Shown here: positions 40,321-50,646 of the stretch, piece by piece
How the letters are laid out: every line of letters begins with the position of its first letter
Position numbering within the stretch: the stretch's first letter is position 1
Source: an uncultured Actinomycetota bacterium
Lineage (GTDB): Bacteria > Actinomycetota > UBA4738 > HRBIN12
Length of the DNA stretch: 64,000 nucleotides
NCBI GenBank assembly: GCA_963746335.1
Contig: CAVVAK010000004.1
Location: forward strand, 109,987 to 173,986
Direction: 5' to 3'
Notes under the pieces: generated by a model
Database searches by the model: none
What the model was told of the DNA's origin: nothing
What the model saw: the letters and a program-made list of their open reading frames with translations, nothing else
Program-made: the position numbers and the translations under genes

Positions 40321-42701
40321 GTCGCACCCCCTTGTCCGTTCCCGCCTTGCGTGCCCTGGGCGGCGTCCTGGATCGCACGCCAGACGCGCTCCGGAGACGC
40401 CGGCTTCTCGATCGCCGTCACACCGAGGTGACTCACGGCGTCGATCACGGCGTTGATCACGGCCGGCGGGGCCGCGATCGTGCCCGCCTCCCCGATCCCT
40501 TTCACGCCGAGCGGGTTGGTGGTCGACGGCGTCTGGTGCGAACCGTCGGTGGTGATAGTTGGCACCTCGACCGCCGTCGGCACGAGGTACTGCGTCATCG
40601 TCGAGGTCGTGAGGTTCCCGGACTCGTCGTAGATCGCCTCCTCGTACAGCGCCTCGGCCACACCCTGAGCGACGCCGCCGTGGATCTGGCCGTCGACGAT
40701 CATCGGGTTGATCACAGTGCCGCAGTCGTCGACCGCGACGTACTTCACGATCTCGGTCGCACCCGTCTCCGTGTCTACCTCGACGACGCAGATGTGCGCA
40801 CCGCCCGGCCAGGTGAAGTTCGGCGGGTCGTAGACGGCGGTGGCGTTCAGATGGGGCTCCGTTCCCTCCGGCAGGGAATGCGCGTGCCACGCGGACACCG
40901 CGATCTCCGGGATCGTCTTCGCCTTGTCGGGAGCGCCGGCCACGTGCCATGACCCCTCGCCCCACTCGAGGTCGTCCTCGGAGACCTCGAGCTCGTGCGC
41001 CGCGATCGTCCGCGCCTTCGCTTTCACCTTCTCGACCGCGAAGTGGAGCGCCGCGCCGCCGACGGAGACCGACCTCGATCCGTACGTGTCCATCCCGAGC
41101 GGCGAGATCAGCGTGTCGCCGTGGAGCACTTCGATGTCGTCCGGCGTCACCCCGAGCCCGTCCGCCACGATCTGGGCCCAGGTGGTCTCGTGCCCCTGAC
41201 CGTGGGGCGAAGTGCCCGTCTTCACGAGCACCTTGCCGGACGGCAGGCATTCGATCGTCGCACCGTCCCAACCGCCGGCCGCGTACCGGAGCGCGCCGAG
41301 GATGTTCGACGGCGCCAGTCCGCACATCTCGATGTAGGTCGACAAGCCGATCCCGAGCTGTTTCGTGTCGCCACGTTCGCGGCGGTCGCGCTGCTCCGCC
41401 CGGAGCTTGTCGTACTCGACCAGTCCCAGCGCCGTGTCGAACGTCGCCTGGTAGTTGGCCGAGTCGACGCTCAACCCGGAGATCGCCGCCGTCGCTTCCG
41501 AGAAGGCCGGCTTGAGGTTCATCCGCCGGACCTCGACGGGATCCTTGCCGACCCGCCGGGCGAACGTATCGACGATCCGCTCGATCACGTACGTGGCCTC
41601 CGGTCGGCCGGCGCCGCGGTAGGCATCGGTCGGCGTCGTGTTCGTCACGATCCCCGTGAACTCGAACCAATAGGTCTCCGGATCGTAGGGACCCATGTAC
41701 ACCCAGCCGCCCAGCTCGGGGATGCCCGGTGTGAGCAGCTGGTAGTAGGCGCCCATGTCGGCCAGCTCGACGAACTTCATCCCGATGATCTTCCCGTCCT
41801 CGGTCCCGGCGATGGTGCAGTCGTGGATCACGCCGCGCCCGTGGGTCGTCGCCACGTAGTTCTCCCGGCGACCCTCGATCCATTTCACCGGGCGGCCGAG
41901 CTTCCGCGCGAGGCCGAGCGCAAGTGCCTCCTCGGCGTAGACGTTGAGCTTCGAGCCGAAGCCGCCCCCGACGTCCGGGGCGATCACCCGGAGCTTCTGC
42001 TCGTCGATCCCGGTGACGCCGGACAGCGTGAACTTCGCGATGTGCGGGATCTGCGTCGCCGACACGAGGGTCCACTCGTCCATGGCCGGCACGCCGTAGG
42101 CGAGGCACCCGCGTGGCTCGATCGCGTTCGGGATCAGCCGCGGCTGCGTGTATCGCTCGTGCACGACCACGGGAGCCGAGTCGAAGACCCCTTGATCGCC
42201 GGCGCCCCCGTGGCTCCAGTGCACGACCGAGTTCGTCCCCAGGTCGTCGTGGATCAGCACCTCGTCCTTCGCCGCTTCCTCCAGGTCGATGACGGCGGGG
42301 AGCTCGGTCGCGGTGACCGCGATCGCCTCCGCGGCGTCGAGCGCCTGCTCGCGTGTCTCCGCCACGACGACGGCGACGGCGTCTCCGTTGAACCGAACCT
42401 TGTCCGACGCCAGGGCGTAGTGCACGGGCACCTTGATGTCCTCGGTGATCGGCCAGACGAAGGGAAGTGCCCCGAGTTCGAGGTCCCCGGCCGTGAAGAC
42501 GCCGACGACGCCCGGCATCGACGACGCCTCGGACGCGTCGACCCCGTCGATCACGGCATGGACGTAGGGCGGGCGGGCCAGCGCCATCCACAGCATCCCC
42601 GGCATCGTCCAGTTGTCGATGAAGCTCGCCTGGCCGGTGATCAGCTCCGGGTCCTCCTTCCGAAGGACCGGCTGTCCGATGAACGTCTCCGTGGTCGCCA
42701 T
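40317..42701 (-). CDS. coxL: Molybdopterin-cytosine-dinucleotide large subunit, form II CoxL-like ('AYRGAGR' active-site loop).
   Basis: 'TTPTDAYRGAGRPEA' form-II motif (form I would be VAYRCSFR). About 794 aa. Confidence 0.85.
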   Translation of the reverse strand: MATTETFIGQPVLRKEDPELITGQASFIDNWTMPGMLWMALARPPYVHAVIDGVDASEASSMPGVVGVFTAGDLELGALPFVWPITEDIKVPVHYALASDKVRFNGDAVAVVVAETREQALDAAEAIAVTATELPAVIDLEEAAKDEVLIHDDLGTNSVVHWSHGGAGDQGVFDSAPVVVHERYTQPRLIPNAIEPRGCLAYGVPAMDEWTLVSATQIPHIAKFTLSGVTGIDEQKLRVIAPDVGGGFGSKLNVYAEEALALGLARKLGRPVKWIEGRRENYVATTHGRGVIHDCTIAGTEDGKIIGMKFVELADMGAYYQLLTPGIPELGGWVYMGPYDPETYWFEFTGIVTNTTPTDAYRGAGRPEATYVIERIVDTFARRVGKDPVEVRRMNLKPAFSEATAAISGLSVDSANYQATFDTALGLVEYDKLRAEQRDRRERGDTKQLGIGLSTYIEMCGLAPSNILGALRYAAGGWDGATIECLPSGKVLVKTGTSPHGQGHETTWAQIVADGLGVTPDDIEVLHGDTLISPLGMDTYGSRSVSVGGAALHFAVEKVKAKARTIAAHELEVSEDDLEWGEGSWHVAGAPDKAKTIPEIAVSAWHAHSLPEGTEPHLNATAVYDPPNFTWPGGAHICVVEVDTETGATEIVKYVAVDDCGTVINPMIVDGQIHGGVAQGVAEALYEEAIYDESGNLTTSTMTQYLVPTAVEVPTITTDGSHQTPSTTNPLGVKGIGEAGTIAAPPAVINAVIDAVSHLGVTAIEKPASPERVWRAIQDAAQGTQGGNGQGGAT

Positions 42702-43189
42702 CACGCGCCCCCTCGGGTTCCGGCGCCGGCCATGGACCCGGCCGCGTCGAGGATCGACTTCACGATGTTCTGGTAGCCGGTGCAACGACAGAGGTTCCCT
42801 TCGAGCGCCAGCCGGACGTCGTCCTCACTGGGGCTCGGGTTCTCCTTCAGATAGCTCGCCGCCGCCATCAGCATCCCCGGTGTGCAGTAGCCGCACTGGA
42901 GTCCGTGATTGCGTCGGAACGACTCCTGGAGCGGGTGGAGCTCATCGCCTTCTGCCAGCCCCTCGATCGTCGTGAGCTCTCGGCCGTCCACCTGCGCGGC
43001 GAGCAGCGTGCACGACTTCACCGACTCTCCGTCCAGGAGCACCGTGCAGGCGCCACAGCTGGACGTGTCACATCCGACGTTCGTGCCGGTGAGCCCGAGG
43101 GTCTCGCGGAGGAAGTACACGAGGAGCGTGCGGGGCTCGACGTCGGCCTCCCGCATCGCCCCGTTGACGGTGACCGAGACGTGCGTCAC
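42701..43189 (-). CDS. coxS: (2Fe-2S)-binding small subunit, CoxS-like.
   Basis: '[12 protein letters not shown]' and 'QCGYCTPGM...CRCTGY' cluster motifs. AGGAGG ribosome-binding site before the GTG start. Confidence 0.85.
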   Translation of the reverse strand: MTHVSVTVNGAMREADVEPRTLLVYFLRETLGLTGTNVGCDTSSCGACTVLLDGESVKSCTLLAAQVDGRELTTIEGLAEGDELHPLQESFRRNHGLQCGYCTPGMLMAAASYLKENPSPSEDDVRLALEGNLCRCTGYQNIVKSILDAAGSMAGAGTRGGA

Positions 43190-43299
43190 GGGGGCCTCCT
43201 TCTCCAGTCCTGCAGCCGTCGTGGGGACGAACAAGCAGCCGGAGTGTAGACCCGCGTCCACGCGCGGTCGAATCGAGGCGAGCGACTGCCGGGGAGCGC

Positions 43300-43842
43300 C
43301 TATCGAGGAGGCGGCGGGTTGAGCGCCGCCGACCCCGTACAGTCCGACGCGATGCCGTGGGTGACGTTCCCCGCCGCCGTGACGCGGACCCAGAGGCAGG
43401 TGCCCCAGGGCCCCTGGACCGCCGCCGCCCAGGCGTCCGCCGTCGCGGCGACCGACACGATCTCGGGCATCGTGGAGGGTCCGTCCACGAAGATGTAGCG
43501 AGGCTGAAGGGCGTTCAACCGGGCGGGCGTCGCGTCGAGGAAGCTCCGATGCTTCGAGAAGGCGACGTTCGCGGCGGCGAGCGCGATGCGGGTGGCCTCT
43601 TCGGCATCCGCGTCCGTCTGGCGGTTCGCCACGCCGTCGATCGGGTCGACCGCGGTGTCGGCGGGCACCGCTCTTCGGACCGGTCGCGCGAAGCTGTCGC
43701 GTTCACTCGTGACGACCCAGTTCGCGAACAGGCCGATCCCCAGCACGACGAGCGTGCCGAAGACCGCGGCCTTCACCATCCCGGGATCGGGTCGGCGACG
43801 CAGGGGCACGGTGGTCCTGAACGCGAAGGAGTCGTCCATCAC
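43300..43842 (-). CDS. Membrane-anchored Cys-motif protein, paralog P2.
   Basis: TM '[20 protein letters not shown]'. C-terminus '[37 protein letters not shown]'. Confidence 0.6.
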   Translation of the reverse strand: MMDDSFAFRTTVPLRRRPDPGMVKAAVFGTLVVLGIGLFANWVVTSERDSFARPVRRAVPADTAVDPIDGVANRQTDADAEEATRIALAAANVAFSKHRSFLDATPARLNALQPRYIFVDGPSTMPEIVSVAATADAWAAAVQGPWGTCLWVRVTAAGNVTHGIASDCTGSAALNPPPPR

Positions 43843-43885
43843 CCCCTATCGGCCGGTCCCGCCGTGAGACTGAGGACGGCCGGGG

Positions 43886-44428
43886 CTACCAGGATGCGCC
43901 GGTGGCCGCCATGGCGGCACCTCCGGTGCAGCGCTTCCCGCTCCCGTACGTGGTGACGCCGTCCGCAGCGATCCTGGCCCACCAGCACGTATCGGACTCC
44001 GATCGGACCGCCGCCCCGAACCCTGCCGCATCCACGGCGTACGAGACCGTCATCGGATCGTTCGAGGGACCGGAGGTGAAGTGGAGTCCGGGATCGTAGG
44101 CGGAGAGGGTTGCAAGATCGGTCGTGAAGCTGCCGCTCTCGGCATGGAGGCTGAGCGCCACCACGGCGGCACGACCGATCGTTCCCTGGGCAGAGGCGTC
44201 GTGGGCCCGATCGATCTGCGAGACGGCGCGGGTCTGGGAGTCGGCGATCTGCGTGCCGGCCTCGTCGACGCTCCGAAGGAACACGAAGGCGATCGCTCCG
44301 GCGACGACGAGGCCGACCGCTATCCAGATGAGCCTCGCGTCGAACGACCCCGACGTGTGCTTCGGCTCACGTCCACCGAGGCGAGCGGGATGCGTAGCGG
44401 GCTCGCCGAAGTGGAATTCATCGCTCAT
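43886..44428 (-). CDS. Membrane-anchored Cys-motif protein, paralog P3.
   Basis: TM 'LIWIAVGLVVAGAIAFVFL'. C-terminus 'SDTCWWARIAADGVTTYGSGKRCTGGAA'. Confidence 0.6.
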   Translation of the reverse strand: MSDEFHFGEPATHPARLGGREPKHTSGSFDARLIWIAVGLVVAGAIAFVFLRSVDEAGTQIADSQTRAVSQIDRAHDASAQGTIGRAAVVALSLHAESGSFTTDLATLSAYDPGLHFTSGPSNDPMTVSYAVDAAGFGAAVRSESDTCWWARIAADGVTTYGSGKRCTGGAAMAATGASW

Positions 44429-44491
44429 GCCTCCACTATCGGCGGAGGAGGACCGGACATGAGGCGCGAGGCCTAGGCGTACCATCCACGC

Positions 44492-45631
44492 GTGAGTGAG
44501 ATCGGCGAGGTCCTGGCCGCGATCGAGGCCCTGTCGGCGAAGGGCAAGCGCATGGCGCTCGCGACGATCGTGGCGGTGCGAGGCTCCACCTACCGGCGGC
44601 CCGGGGCTCGGCTCCTGGTGCCGGAGGAGGGGACGCCGGTCGGGAACATCTCCGGCGGCTGCCTCGAGGGCGATGTCGCGGACATGGCTCGCCTGGTGAT
44701 GGACGAGGGCCAGGCGCGGCTGGCCGGCTGGGACCTCACAGCGGACGACGACGCCGTGTGGGGCCTGGGCCTCGGGTGCAACGGAGCGATCGACGTGTTC
44801 ATCGAGCCGGCCGAGAAGGCTGCCGAGGTCGCGGGGATGCTGCGGACGGCGCTCGAGGAGGAACGGCCGATCTCCGTGGTGACGGTGGTCGAGTCGTCGT
44901 CGGCGGACGTCGAGGCGGGCGCGCGTCTCGTCGTGAAACCGGACGGCACGAGCGACGGATCGCTCGGCGACGCGACGGTCGACGCGGCGGCCGTGCAGGC
45001 CGCCGTCGCTCGGTTGCGGGAAGAGCGATCCGAGGTCCGCACGCTCGTCGAGGGTGTTCGCGCGTTCGTCGAGGTGCTGGACCCGCCCCTGCGCCTTCTC
45101 GCCTGTGGAGCCGGGCACGACGCGATCCCGCTGGTCCGGGTCGCATCGGTGCTCGGGTGGAACGTGACCGTGGCCGACGACCGACCGGCGTTCCTCACAC
45201 GGGCACGGTTCCCGGAGGCGGCCGGCTTCGTTGCGCTCGACGACCCGGGGGACGCGGCCAAGGCGGCCGATGTGGACGAGCGAACGTTCGCGGTCGTCAT
45301 GACGCACAACTTCCTCCGGGACAAGGAGTACGTGCGCTCGTTGCTCGGCTCCCCCGCCGCCTACATCGGGCTCCTCGGCCCCGGCGCCCGGTCCGAGCGG
45401 CTCTTCATGGAACTCCGCGAGGAAGGGGTCGAGATCGGCGAGACGGAGCGAGAACGGATCCACGGACCCGCCGGGCTCGATCTCGGCGGCGAGGGACCGG
45501 AGGAGATCGCGCAGGCGATCGTTGCAGAGATCGTGGCGGTGAAGCGGCGAAGGGCGGGCGGGTTCCTCCGTGACCGGCCGGGGCCGATCCACGATCGACC
45601 CCGGCCGGGCACGGAGGCAGCGGCCGGCTAG
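44492..45631 (+). CDS. xdhC: XdhC/CoxI-family molybdenum cofactor insertion chaperone.
   Basis: '[21 protein letters not shown]...GGCLEGDV' XdhC N-domain and '[17 protein letters not shown]' Rossmann-like domain. Confidence 0.8.
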   Translation: MSEIGEVLAAIEALSAKGKRMALATIVAVRGSTYRRPGARLLVPEEGTPVGNISGGCLEGDVADMARLVMDEGQARLAGWDLTADDDAVWGLGLGCNGAIDVFIEPAEKAAEVAGMLRTALEEERPISVVTVVESSSADVEAGARLVVKPDGTSDGSLGDATVDAAAVQAAVARLREERSEVRTLVEGVRAFVEVLDPPLRLLACGAGHDAIPLVRVASVLGWNVTVADDRPAFLTRARFPEAAGFVALDDPGDAAKAADVDERTFAVVMTHNFLRDKEYVRSLLGSPAAYIGLLGPGARSERLFMELREEGVEIGETERERIHGPAGLDLGGEGPEEIAQAIVAEIVAVKRRRAGGFLRDRPGPIHDRPRPGTEAAAG

Positions 45632-46503
45632 ATGCTGCCGGAGAACGTGTCGCAGTCGTTCGGGTTCCCGCCGCGATAGCCGTTCCTGAACCACTTCTGG
45701 CGCTGCGTCGAGGAACCGTGCGTCCAGGATTCGCGGTTGACCTGCCCCTGGGTCTCCTCCTGGATGCGGTCGTCGCCGACCGCGGCCGCTGCATCCAGTG
45801 CCTGGGCGATCTGCTCCTCGGTGACAGAGGCCAAGATCCCTTCGTCCGCGTTGGCAGCCCAGACGCCGGCGTAGCAGTCGGCCTGGAGCTCGGCCCGGAC
45901 GGCTGCGCTCTGGGGACCCTGCCTGTCACCACCGATCTGCTCCAGAACGCCCGTGAGGTTCTGCACGTGGTGCCCGTACTCGTGCGCGAGAACGTACGCC
46001 TCCGCGAACGGACCGCCCTCCGCACCGAACCGCGCTTGGAGCTCCTGGAAGAAGCCGAGGTCGACGTAGACCTTCTGGTCCGCCGGGCAGTAGAACGGAC
46101 CCACGTCGGAGGTCGCTCCTCCGCACGCGGTGCTCGTCGATCCCGAGAAGAACACCGTCACGGCCGGCTGGTACCCGTTCAGCGCCTGGCGCCAGTACGC
46201 CTGGATGCTGTTGACGGTCCCGATCAGACGGCAGTCCCGGCTCTTCTCCGCGTCCTCAGCGGTCCTGCACTCCTCGATCACCTCGCCCTGCTGTTGGCCG
46301 CCGGCGACCACGCCTTCGAGCGACTGGAGGGCGCTCAGGTCGATGTTCTCGCCGCCAAGCAGGGTGATGAGAAGGACGAGGATGATCCCGACGACGCCTG
46401 CGCCGCCTCCGACGGCCACCCCTCGGCCACCGCCCATACCGCGCATGCCGCGACGATCCTCGACCTGCGTGGGGTCAAGCTTCGCCCCTTTCCGGAAGTC
46501 CAC
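45628..46503 (-). CDS. Putative neutral zinc metallopeptidase (YpfJ family). The GTG start is uncertain.
   Basis: 'VEDRRG' N-terminal motif, TM helix and a 'HEYGHHVQ' HExxH zinc site. Confidence 0.65.
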   Translation of the reverse strand: MDFRKGAKLDPTQVEDRRGMRGMGGGRGVAVGGGAGVVGIILVLLITLLGGENIDLSALQSLEGVVAGGQQQGEVIEECRTAEDAEKSRDCRLIGTVNSIQAYWRQALNGYQPAVTVFFSGSTSTACGGATSDVGPFYCPADQKVYVDLGFFQELQARFGAEGGPFAEAYVLAHEYGHHVQNLTGVLEQIGGDRQGPQSAAVRAELQADCYAGVWAANADEGILASVTEEQIAQALDAAAAVGDDRIQEETQGQVNRESWTHGSSTQRQKWFRNGYRGGNPNDCDTFSGSI

Positions 46504-46546
46504 GGTGCCCTCATACCCGAACGCCTTGCGTGGGAAACCGGAAGGG

Positions 46547-46996
46547 CTATCGGCCGCGCCGGTTCTCGAGCCAGAGCACGACGTACACCGCGAACCCACC
46601 GAGGGTCAGCGGTTGTGCCGTCGCGTTGGCGACCTGACCCCACCTGAAGAGCTCCTGGAACAGACCTCGCTGGTCGAACGAGGAGACCTCGAAGAGCAGG
46701 AGTCCTGTGAGCGCACCGGACAGTGTCCACACGACAGCCGATACCAGCACGACCCACTTCAGCCGAGCGAGCCATACCGCTCGGCGGGCGTCGGCGGTGA
46801 GCACCCTGTACCGGGATGTGGCTGCTTCGTATCCGCGTTCATCGTCGGAGAACCGCTCGATCGGCTCCCCTTCATCCAGCTCCTCGAGCAGCCAGACCCC
46901 ATATCCCTCGTCGTCGCGGACCACGACGAAGCGCTGGTTCACATCGAACGTCTCGAAGCGACCACCACCGGATCGACCAGGGTTCATCGGATCCAC
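46547..46996 (-). CDS. Hypothetical membrane protein (149 aa, two or three TM helices).
   Basis: ORF plus hydrophobicity only. Confidence 0.4.
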   Translation of the reverse strand: MDPMNPGRSGGGRFETFDVNQRFVVVRDDEGYGVWLLEELDEGEPIERFSDDERGYEAATSRYRVLTADARRAVWLARLKWVVLVSAVVWTLSGALTGLLLFEVSSFDQRGLFQELFRWGQVANATAQPLTLGGFAVYVVLWLENRRGR

Positions 46997-47015
46997 GGGC
47001 CGAGCCTAGACCGAT

Positions 47016-47660
47016 TTGCGTACGCTTCGGGATGTGCTGATCGAAGACAGCTTCACCGTCCATACGCCCGTCGATCGCCTGTGGGCGTTCATCCAAGACG
47101 TCGAACGGATCGCTCCGTGCCTGCCCGGTGCGGAACTGACGGAGGTCGTCGACGATCGGACCTGGAAGGGCAAGGTCCTCGTCAAGTTCGGCCCGGTGCA
47201 GATGTCGTTCAGTGGAACGGTCGTCATGGAGGAGAGGGATGACCTCGCCCATCGAGCGACGCTCTCCGCCAAAGGCGCCGAACAACGGGGCAAAGGGGTC
47301 GCCAACGCCAAAGTGGAATCCTGGCTCGAGCCCGCCGGCGACGACGGCACGACGGTGCATATCCGCTCGGATATCACGATCACCGGCGCCGCCGCGCAGA
47401 TGTCCCGCGGGCTGCTGCCGGAGGTCTCGAAGCTCCTGACCAAGCAGTTCGCGGACTGTCTGGAGTCGAAGCTGAACGAGGAAAGGTCGCCGGCGCCCGT
47501 GGCCGGCGCCGCCCCGGCCCCCAGCGAGGCAAGGCCAACGGAAACGCCCACGACGACAGCGCCCAAGGCGGTCGGCGGCTTCGGTCTGGGTCTCCGCGCT
47601 CTCTGGGCCACGATCACGCGGTTCGTCGCCCGGCTGTTCGCACGGCGCGACGGTTCGTGA
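47016..47660 (+). CDS. coxG: CoxG-like SRPBCC protein (carbon monoxide dehydrogenase subunit G family).
   Basis: SRPBCC pattern with a C-terminal Pro/Ala-rich tail and an amphipathic anchor. Confidence 0.65.
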   Translation: MRTLRDVLIEDSFTVHTPVDRLWAFIQDVERIAPCLPGAELTEVVDDRTWKGKVLVKFGPVQMSFSGTVVMEERDDLAHRATLSAKGAEQRGKGVANAKVESWLEPAGDDGTTVHIRSDITITGAAAQMSRGLLPEVSKLLTKQFADCLESKLNEERSPAPVAGAAPAPSEARPTETPTTTAPKAVGGFGLGLRALWATITRFVARLFARRDGS

Positions 47661-48226
47661 TCTCGGGGATCGTCCTGGCGGCCGGTTCGGGGACTCGATT
47701 CGGCGGCACGAAGCAGCTCGCGCCGCACCGTGGGAAACCGCTCGCCCAACACGCCGTCGACGCGCTGGCGTCCGCCGGGGTCGATGAGCTCGTCGTGGTG
47801 ACCGGTCACGATGCCGATGCGGTCGAAGGCGCCCTCCGACTCCCTCCTCAGGGCCGATTCGTCCGCAACCCGGATCATGGAGCCGGTCAGTCCACGTCGT
47901 TGGCGGCCGGCCTCCACGCGCTGGCCGAGGACACCGAGGCCGCGGTGGTCCTGCTGGCCGATCAGCCGGGTGTCACCGACGCGGAGGTTCGCGCACTGAT
48001 CGATGCCTTCGAGCGCTCCCGGAGCCGGATCGTCCGGATCGACTACGAGGACGGCCCCGGTCCTGCGCTGCTCTCGCGTGAGGTGCACGCGGAGGCCGGG
48101 CACCTGCACGGTGACAGCGGGGCGAGGGCGCTCATGGCCTCACACCCTGACTGGGTCGAGGAGGTCGCGGTTCCGTTCCGCGCGCCTCTCGACGTCGACA
48201 GGCCGGAGGATCTCCCGCTCGGATGA
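47657..48226 (+). CDS. mocA: Molybdenum cofactor cytidylyltransferase (MocA family).
   Basis: 'GIVLAAGSGTRFGGTKQL' nucleotidyltransferase motif. ATGA-coupled to coxG. Confidence 0.8.
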   Translation: MISGIVLAAGSGTRFGGTKQLAPHRGKPLAQHAVDALASAGVDELVVVTGHDADAVEGALRLPPQGRFVRNPDHGAGQSTSLAAGLHALAEDTEAAVVLLADQPGVTDAEVRALIDAFERSRSRIVRIDYEDGPGPALLSREVHAEAGHLHGDSGARALMASHPDWVEEVAVPFRAPLDVDRPEDLPLG

Positions 48227-48652
48227 TCAGTCCCGTCGGGAGCGGACCATCGTCCCTTCGCCGGGCGCCTCGAATCCGAACTTCTCGTAGAGGCTATGCG
48301 CGTCGCGGGTGTTGAGGTACCAGTACAGGTCGCGGTGCTCCGGATGATCGACGGCCTCTCGCACGAGCTCCGCGCCGAGGCCCTCGCCTCGGTGCTCCGC
48401 CAGGACGAACACGTCGCCGAGCCACGCCATGCTCGAGCCGTCCGAGATCACGCGCGCGAACCCGACCTGCTCGACGCCGCGGTAGACCCCGATCACCCTC
48501 GTCGACTCGCGCACGAGGCGTTCGATGGTCTCCCGATCGCGGCCGGGTACCCAGTACGCCTCCTCTGACAGGTACCGGTGTACGGCATCCACGTCCACGC
48601 GCCCGCGATCGTCGTCCAGCTCGTATCCGCCGGCGAGCTGACGACGCATCAG
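48227..48652 (-). CDS. GNAT family N-acetyltransferase.
   Basis: 'RGEGLGAELVREAV' acetyl-CoA binding motif. Confidence 0.65.
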   Translation of the reverse strand: MMRRQLAGGYELDDDRGRVDVDAVHRYLSEEAYWVPGRDRETIERLVRESTRVIGVYRGVEQVGFARVISDGSSMAWLGDVFVLAEHRGEGLGAELVREAVDHPEHRDLYWYLNTRDAHSLYEKFGFEAPGEGTMVRSRRD

Positions 48653-49467
48653 CAGATGAGGCCAAGCTGCCGATGCTCGAGTGCCGGGAGCACGTTCCGG
48701 ACCCGCCGGAGCTCCGCCATGTCGAGGTCGGCGAGCCACACGCCGGAGCCCTCCTCCGGCGCTTCGACCAGGACGTCGCCCCACGGACCCACGATCATCG
48801 AGTGACCGTGGGAGCGCCGATGCTCCTCGGGCGATCCGAACTCGCCCCATTGCGCCGAGGCCGCCACGAAACACTGGTTCTCGATCGCTCGCGCGCGCAG
48901 CAGCGCCTCCCAGTGCCCGACGCCCGTCCGATGCTGGAACTGCGCCGGGAGCACGAACAGCTCGGAGCCGAGCGCCATGAGCCCACGGAACAGCTCGGGG
49001 AATCGGAGGTCGTAGCAGATGGACAGACCGATCCGCAGGTCCTCGACCGGATGGGTGACCAGCTCCGTGCCGGCGGTGAACGTCGACGACTCGCGGAACG
49101 GCGGCTGGCCGTCGAGATCGACATCGAAGAGATGGATCTTCCGATAAGTCGCCACGAGCTCTCCGTCGCGATCGAACAGCGGAGCGGTGTTGTACAACCG
49201 ATCGCCGTCTCGTTCGTGGACGCTCCCACCGAGGATCCACATGTGCCGTTCCCTCGCGACGGTGGACAGCATCGTGGTCGCGACTCCTCCGGGCAGCGTC
49301 TCCGACACGTCAGGGATGCCGGAGTCCGGCCCGAGGTAGGCGAAGAACTCGGGCAGCACCGCGATGTCGGCCCCCACGCCGGCGGCCTCTTCCAGGAGCG
49401 ACTGCGCCGCAGCGAGATTCGACAGGAGATCCTCTCCCGACCGCATCTGACAGACGGCTGCGCGCAT
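48649..49467 (-). CDS. Carbon-nitrogen hydrolase (nitrilase superfamily).
   Basis: 'DIAVLPEFF', 'RKIHLFD' and 'GLSICYDLRFPE' motifs forming the E-K-C triad. Confidence 0.8.
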   Translation of the reverse strand: MRAAVCQMRSGEDLLSNLAAAQSLLEEAAGVGADIAVLPEFFAYLGPDSGIPDVSETLPGGVATTMLSTVARERHMWILGGSVHERDGDRLYNTAPLFDRDGELVATYRKIHLFDVDLDGQPPFRESSTFTAGTELVTHPVEDLRIGLSICYDLRFPELFRGLMALGSELFVLPAQFQHRTGVGHWEALLRARAIENQCFVAASAQWGEFGSPEEHRRSHGHSMIVGPWGDVLVEAPEEGSGVWLADLDMAELRRVRNVLPALEHRQLGLIC

Positions 49468-49513
49468 CTCAGAAGTGTAGGTGCCGATGCGGTTCGGCAG
49501 GCCGGCGAGGGGT

Positions 49514-49939
49514 TCAGCCGAAGGCGAGACGTGTCGACGAAGCCTCCGAAGGCCCGCTCCGCCGGTCGTCACCGTCGAGGAACGCCTCCAGCTGGTCCAT
49601 GAATGTCTCCGGCGTGATCGGCTTCGAGAAGAAGCCGTCGAACCCGGCAGCGACCGCCTTCTCACGCTCGCCCACCTCTGCGAACGCGGTGAGGGCGAGG
49701 ATGGGACACGCGCCGGCCCCGTCGGAATCCCGGATGGCGGCGAGCGCTTCATACCCGTCCATCACCGGCATGTGCAGGTCCATGAGGATCAGGTCGGGCG
49801 GGGATCCCAACGCCGCGGCGACCGCTTCCTCGCCGTTGCGAACCAGCGTGGCCACGTGCCCGCGAGCGCGCAGGAGATACCCGAGGAGATCGAGTGCTGC
49901 CTCGGTGTCGTCGACGACAAGCACGGCTGCCATGTTCAA
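49514..49939 (-). CDS. Single-domain response regulator (CheY-like receiver).
   Basis: 'VLVVDD', 'DLILMDLHMPVMDG' and 'ALTA...K' motifs. Confidence 0.8.
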   Translation of the reverse strand: MNMAAVLVVDDTEAALDLLGYLLRARGHVATLVRNGEEAVAAALGSPPDLILMDLHMPVMDGYEALAAIRDSDGAGACPILALTAFAEVGEREKAVAAGFDGFFSKPITPETFMDQLEAFLDGDDRRSGPSEASSTRLAFG

Positions 49940-50646
49940 TCCCTCCTCGGAAGGATCAGGCTGAACCTGCTCCCTCGCCCCGGCCGGCTCTGCACCACGA
50001 TCTCCGTTCCGAGGAGATCCGCGAGTCGGCAGCTGACCTGGAGGCCGAGCCCGGCTCCCCCGCGGGTGTCACCCTCGGGAGCCGGCCCCCGCTCGAACGG
50101 CTCGAACAGTCGTGCGTGCTCCGACTCCGGGAAGCCGATCCCGGTATCGATGATGTCCACCCGTGCCGTGCCCACGCCGTCGCTCGCCACGCCCAGGATC
50201 TGGACGCCTCCGGCATCGGTGAAGGAGATCGCGTTGCTGATCAGATTCGCCAAGATGCGTGAGAGCGCACGTCCGTTCGCGAGACACGTCATACCAGAAG
50301 GGATCTCCACCTCGAGGCTCAACCCCTTCTCGTCGGCGAAGCGCTGGAGCTCCGAGCGGACCTCGTCGACCACAGCCCCGAGGTCGACCGTCTCGACAGG
50401 CAGGTGCATCAAGCCCGTTTCGATCCGCACCAGATCCAGGAGGTTGTCGATCGTCATGTCCATCTGGAGCGCGCCCGACCGAACGTTGTGGAGCTGCCGA
50501 CGTTGCTCCTCGTTGAGCGATCCCGGAAGCTCCATGAGGAGGATCTCGGTGAAGCCGAGCACGGAGTTCAACGGCGTCCGGAGCGAGTGACCCGCCCCGG
50601 CGAGCAGCCGATCGAGCTGCTCGCCCCGAACATCCTTCCCGATCAC
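49936..50646 (-). CDS. Soluble histidine kinase (HisKA and HATPase_c only, no sensor domain). GTG start.
   Basis: H-box 'AGHSLRTPLNSVLGF', N/G boxes 'NLISNAISFT' and 'GTGIG...GGAGLGL'. Confidence 0.75.
   Translation of the reverse strand: MIGKDVRGEQLDRLLAGAGHSLRTPLNSVLGFTEILLMELPGSLNEEQRRQLHNVRSGALQMDMTIDNLLDLVRIETGLMHLPVETVDLGAVVDEVRSELQRFADEKGLSLEVEIPSGMTCLANGRALSRILANLISNAISFTDAGGVQILGVASDGVGTARVDIIDTGIGFPESEHARLFEPFERGPAPEGDTRGGAGLGLQVSCRLADLLGTEIVVQSRPGRGSRFSLILPRRD

Noticed and set aside
39502-45694. Giant ORFs 39502..42591 (-, 1029 aa), 40995..42776 (+, 593 aa) and 43886..45694 (-, 602 aa).
   Set aside because: They are out-of-frame or antisense read-through across coxM/coxL and xdhC. 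Only the segments annotated as coxM, coxL and paralog P3 carry real protein signatures.
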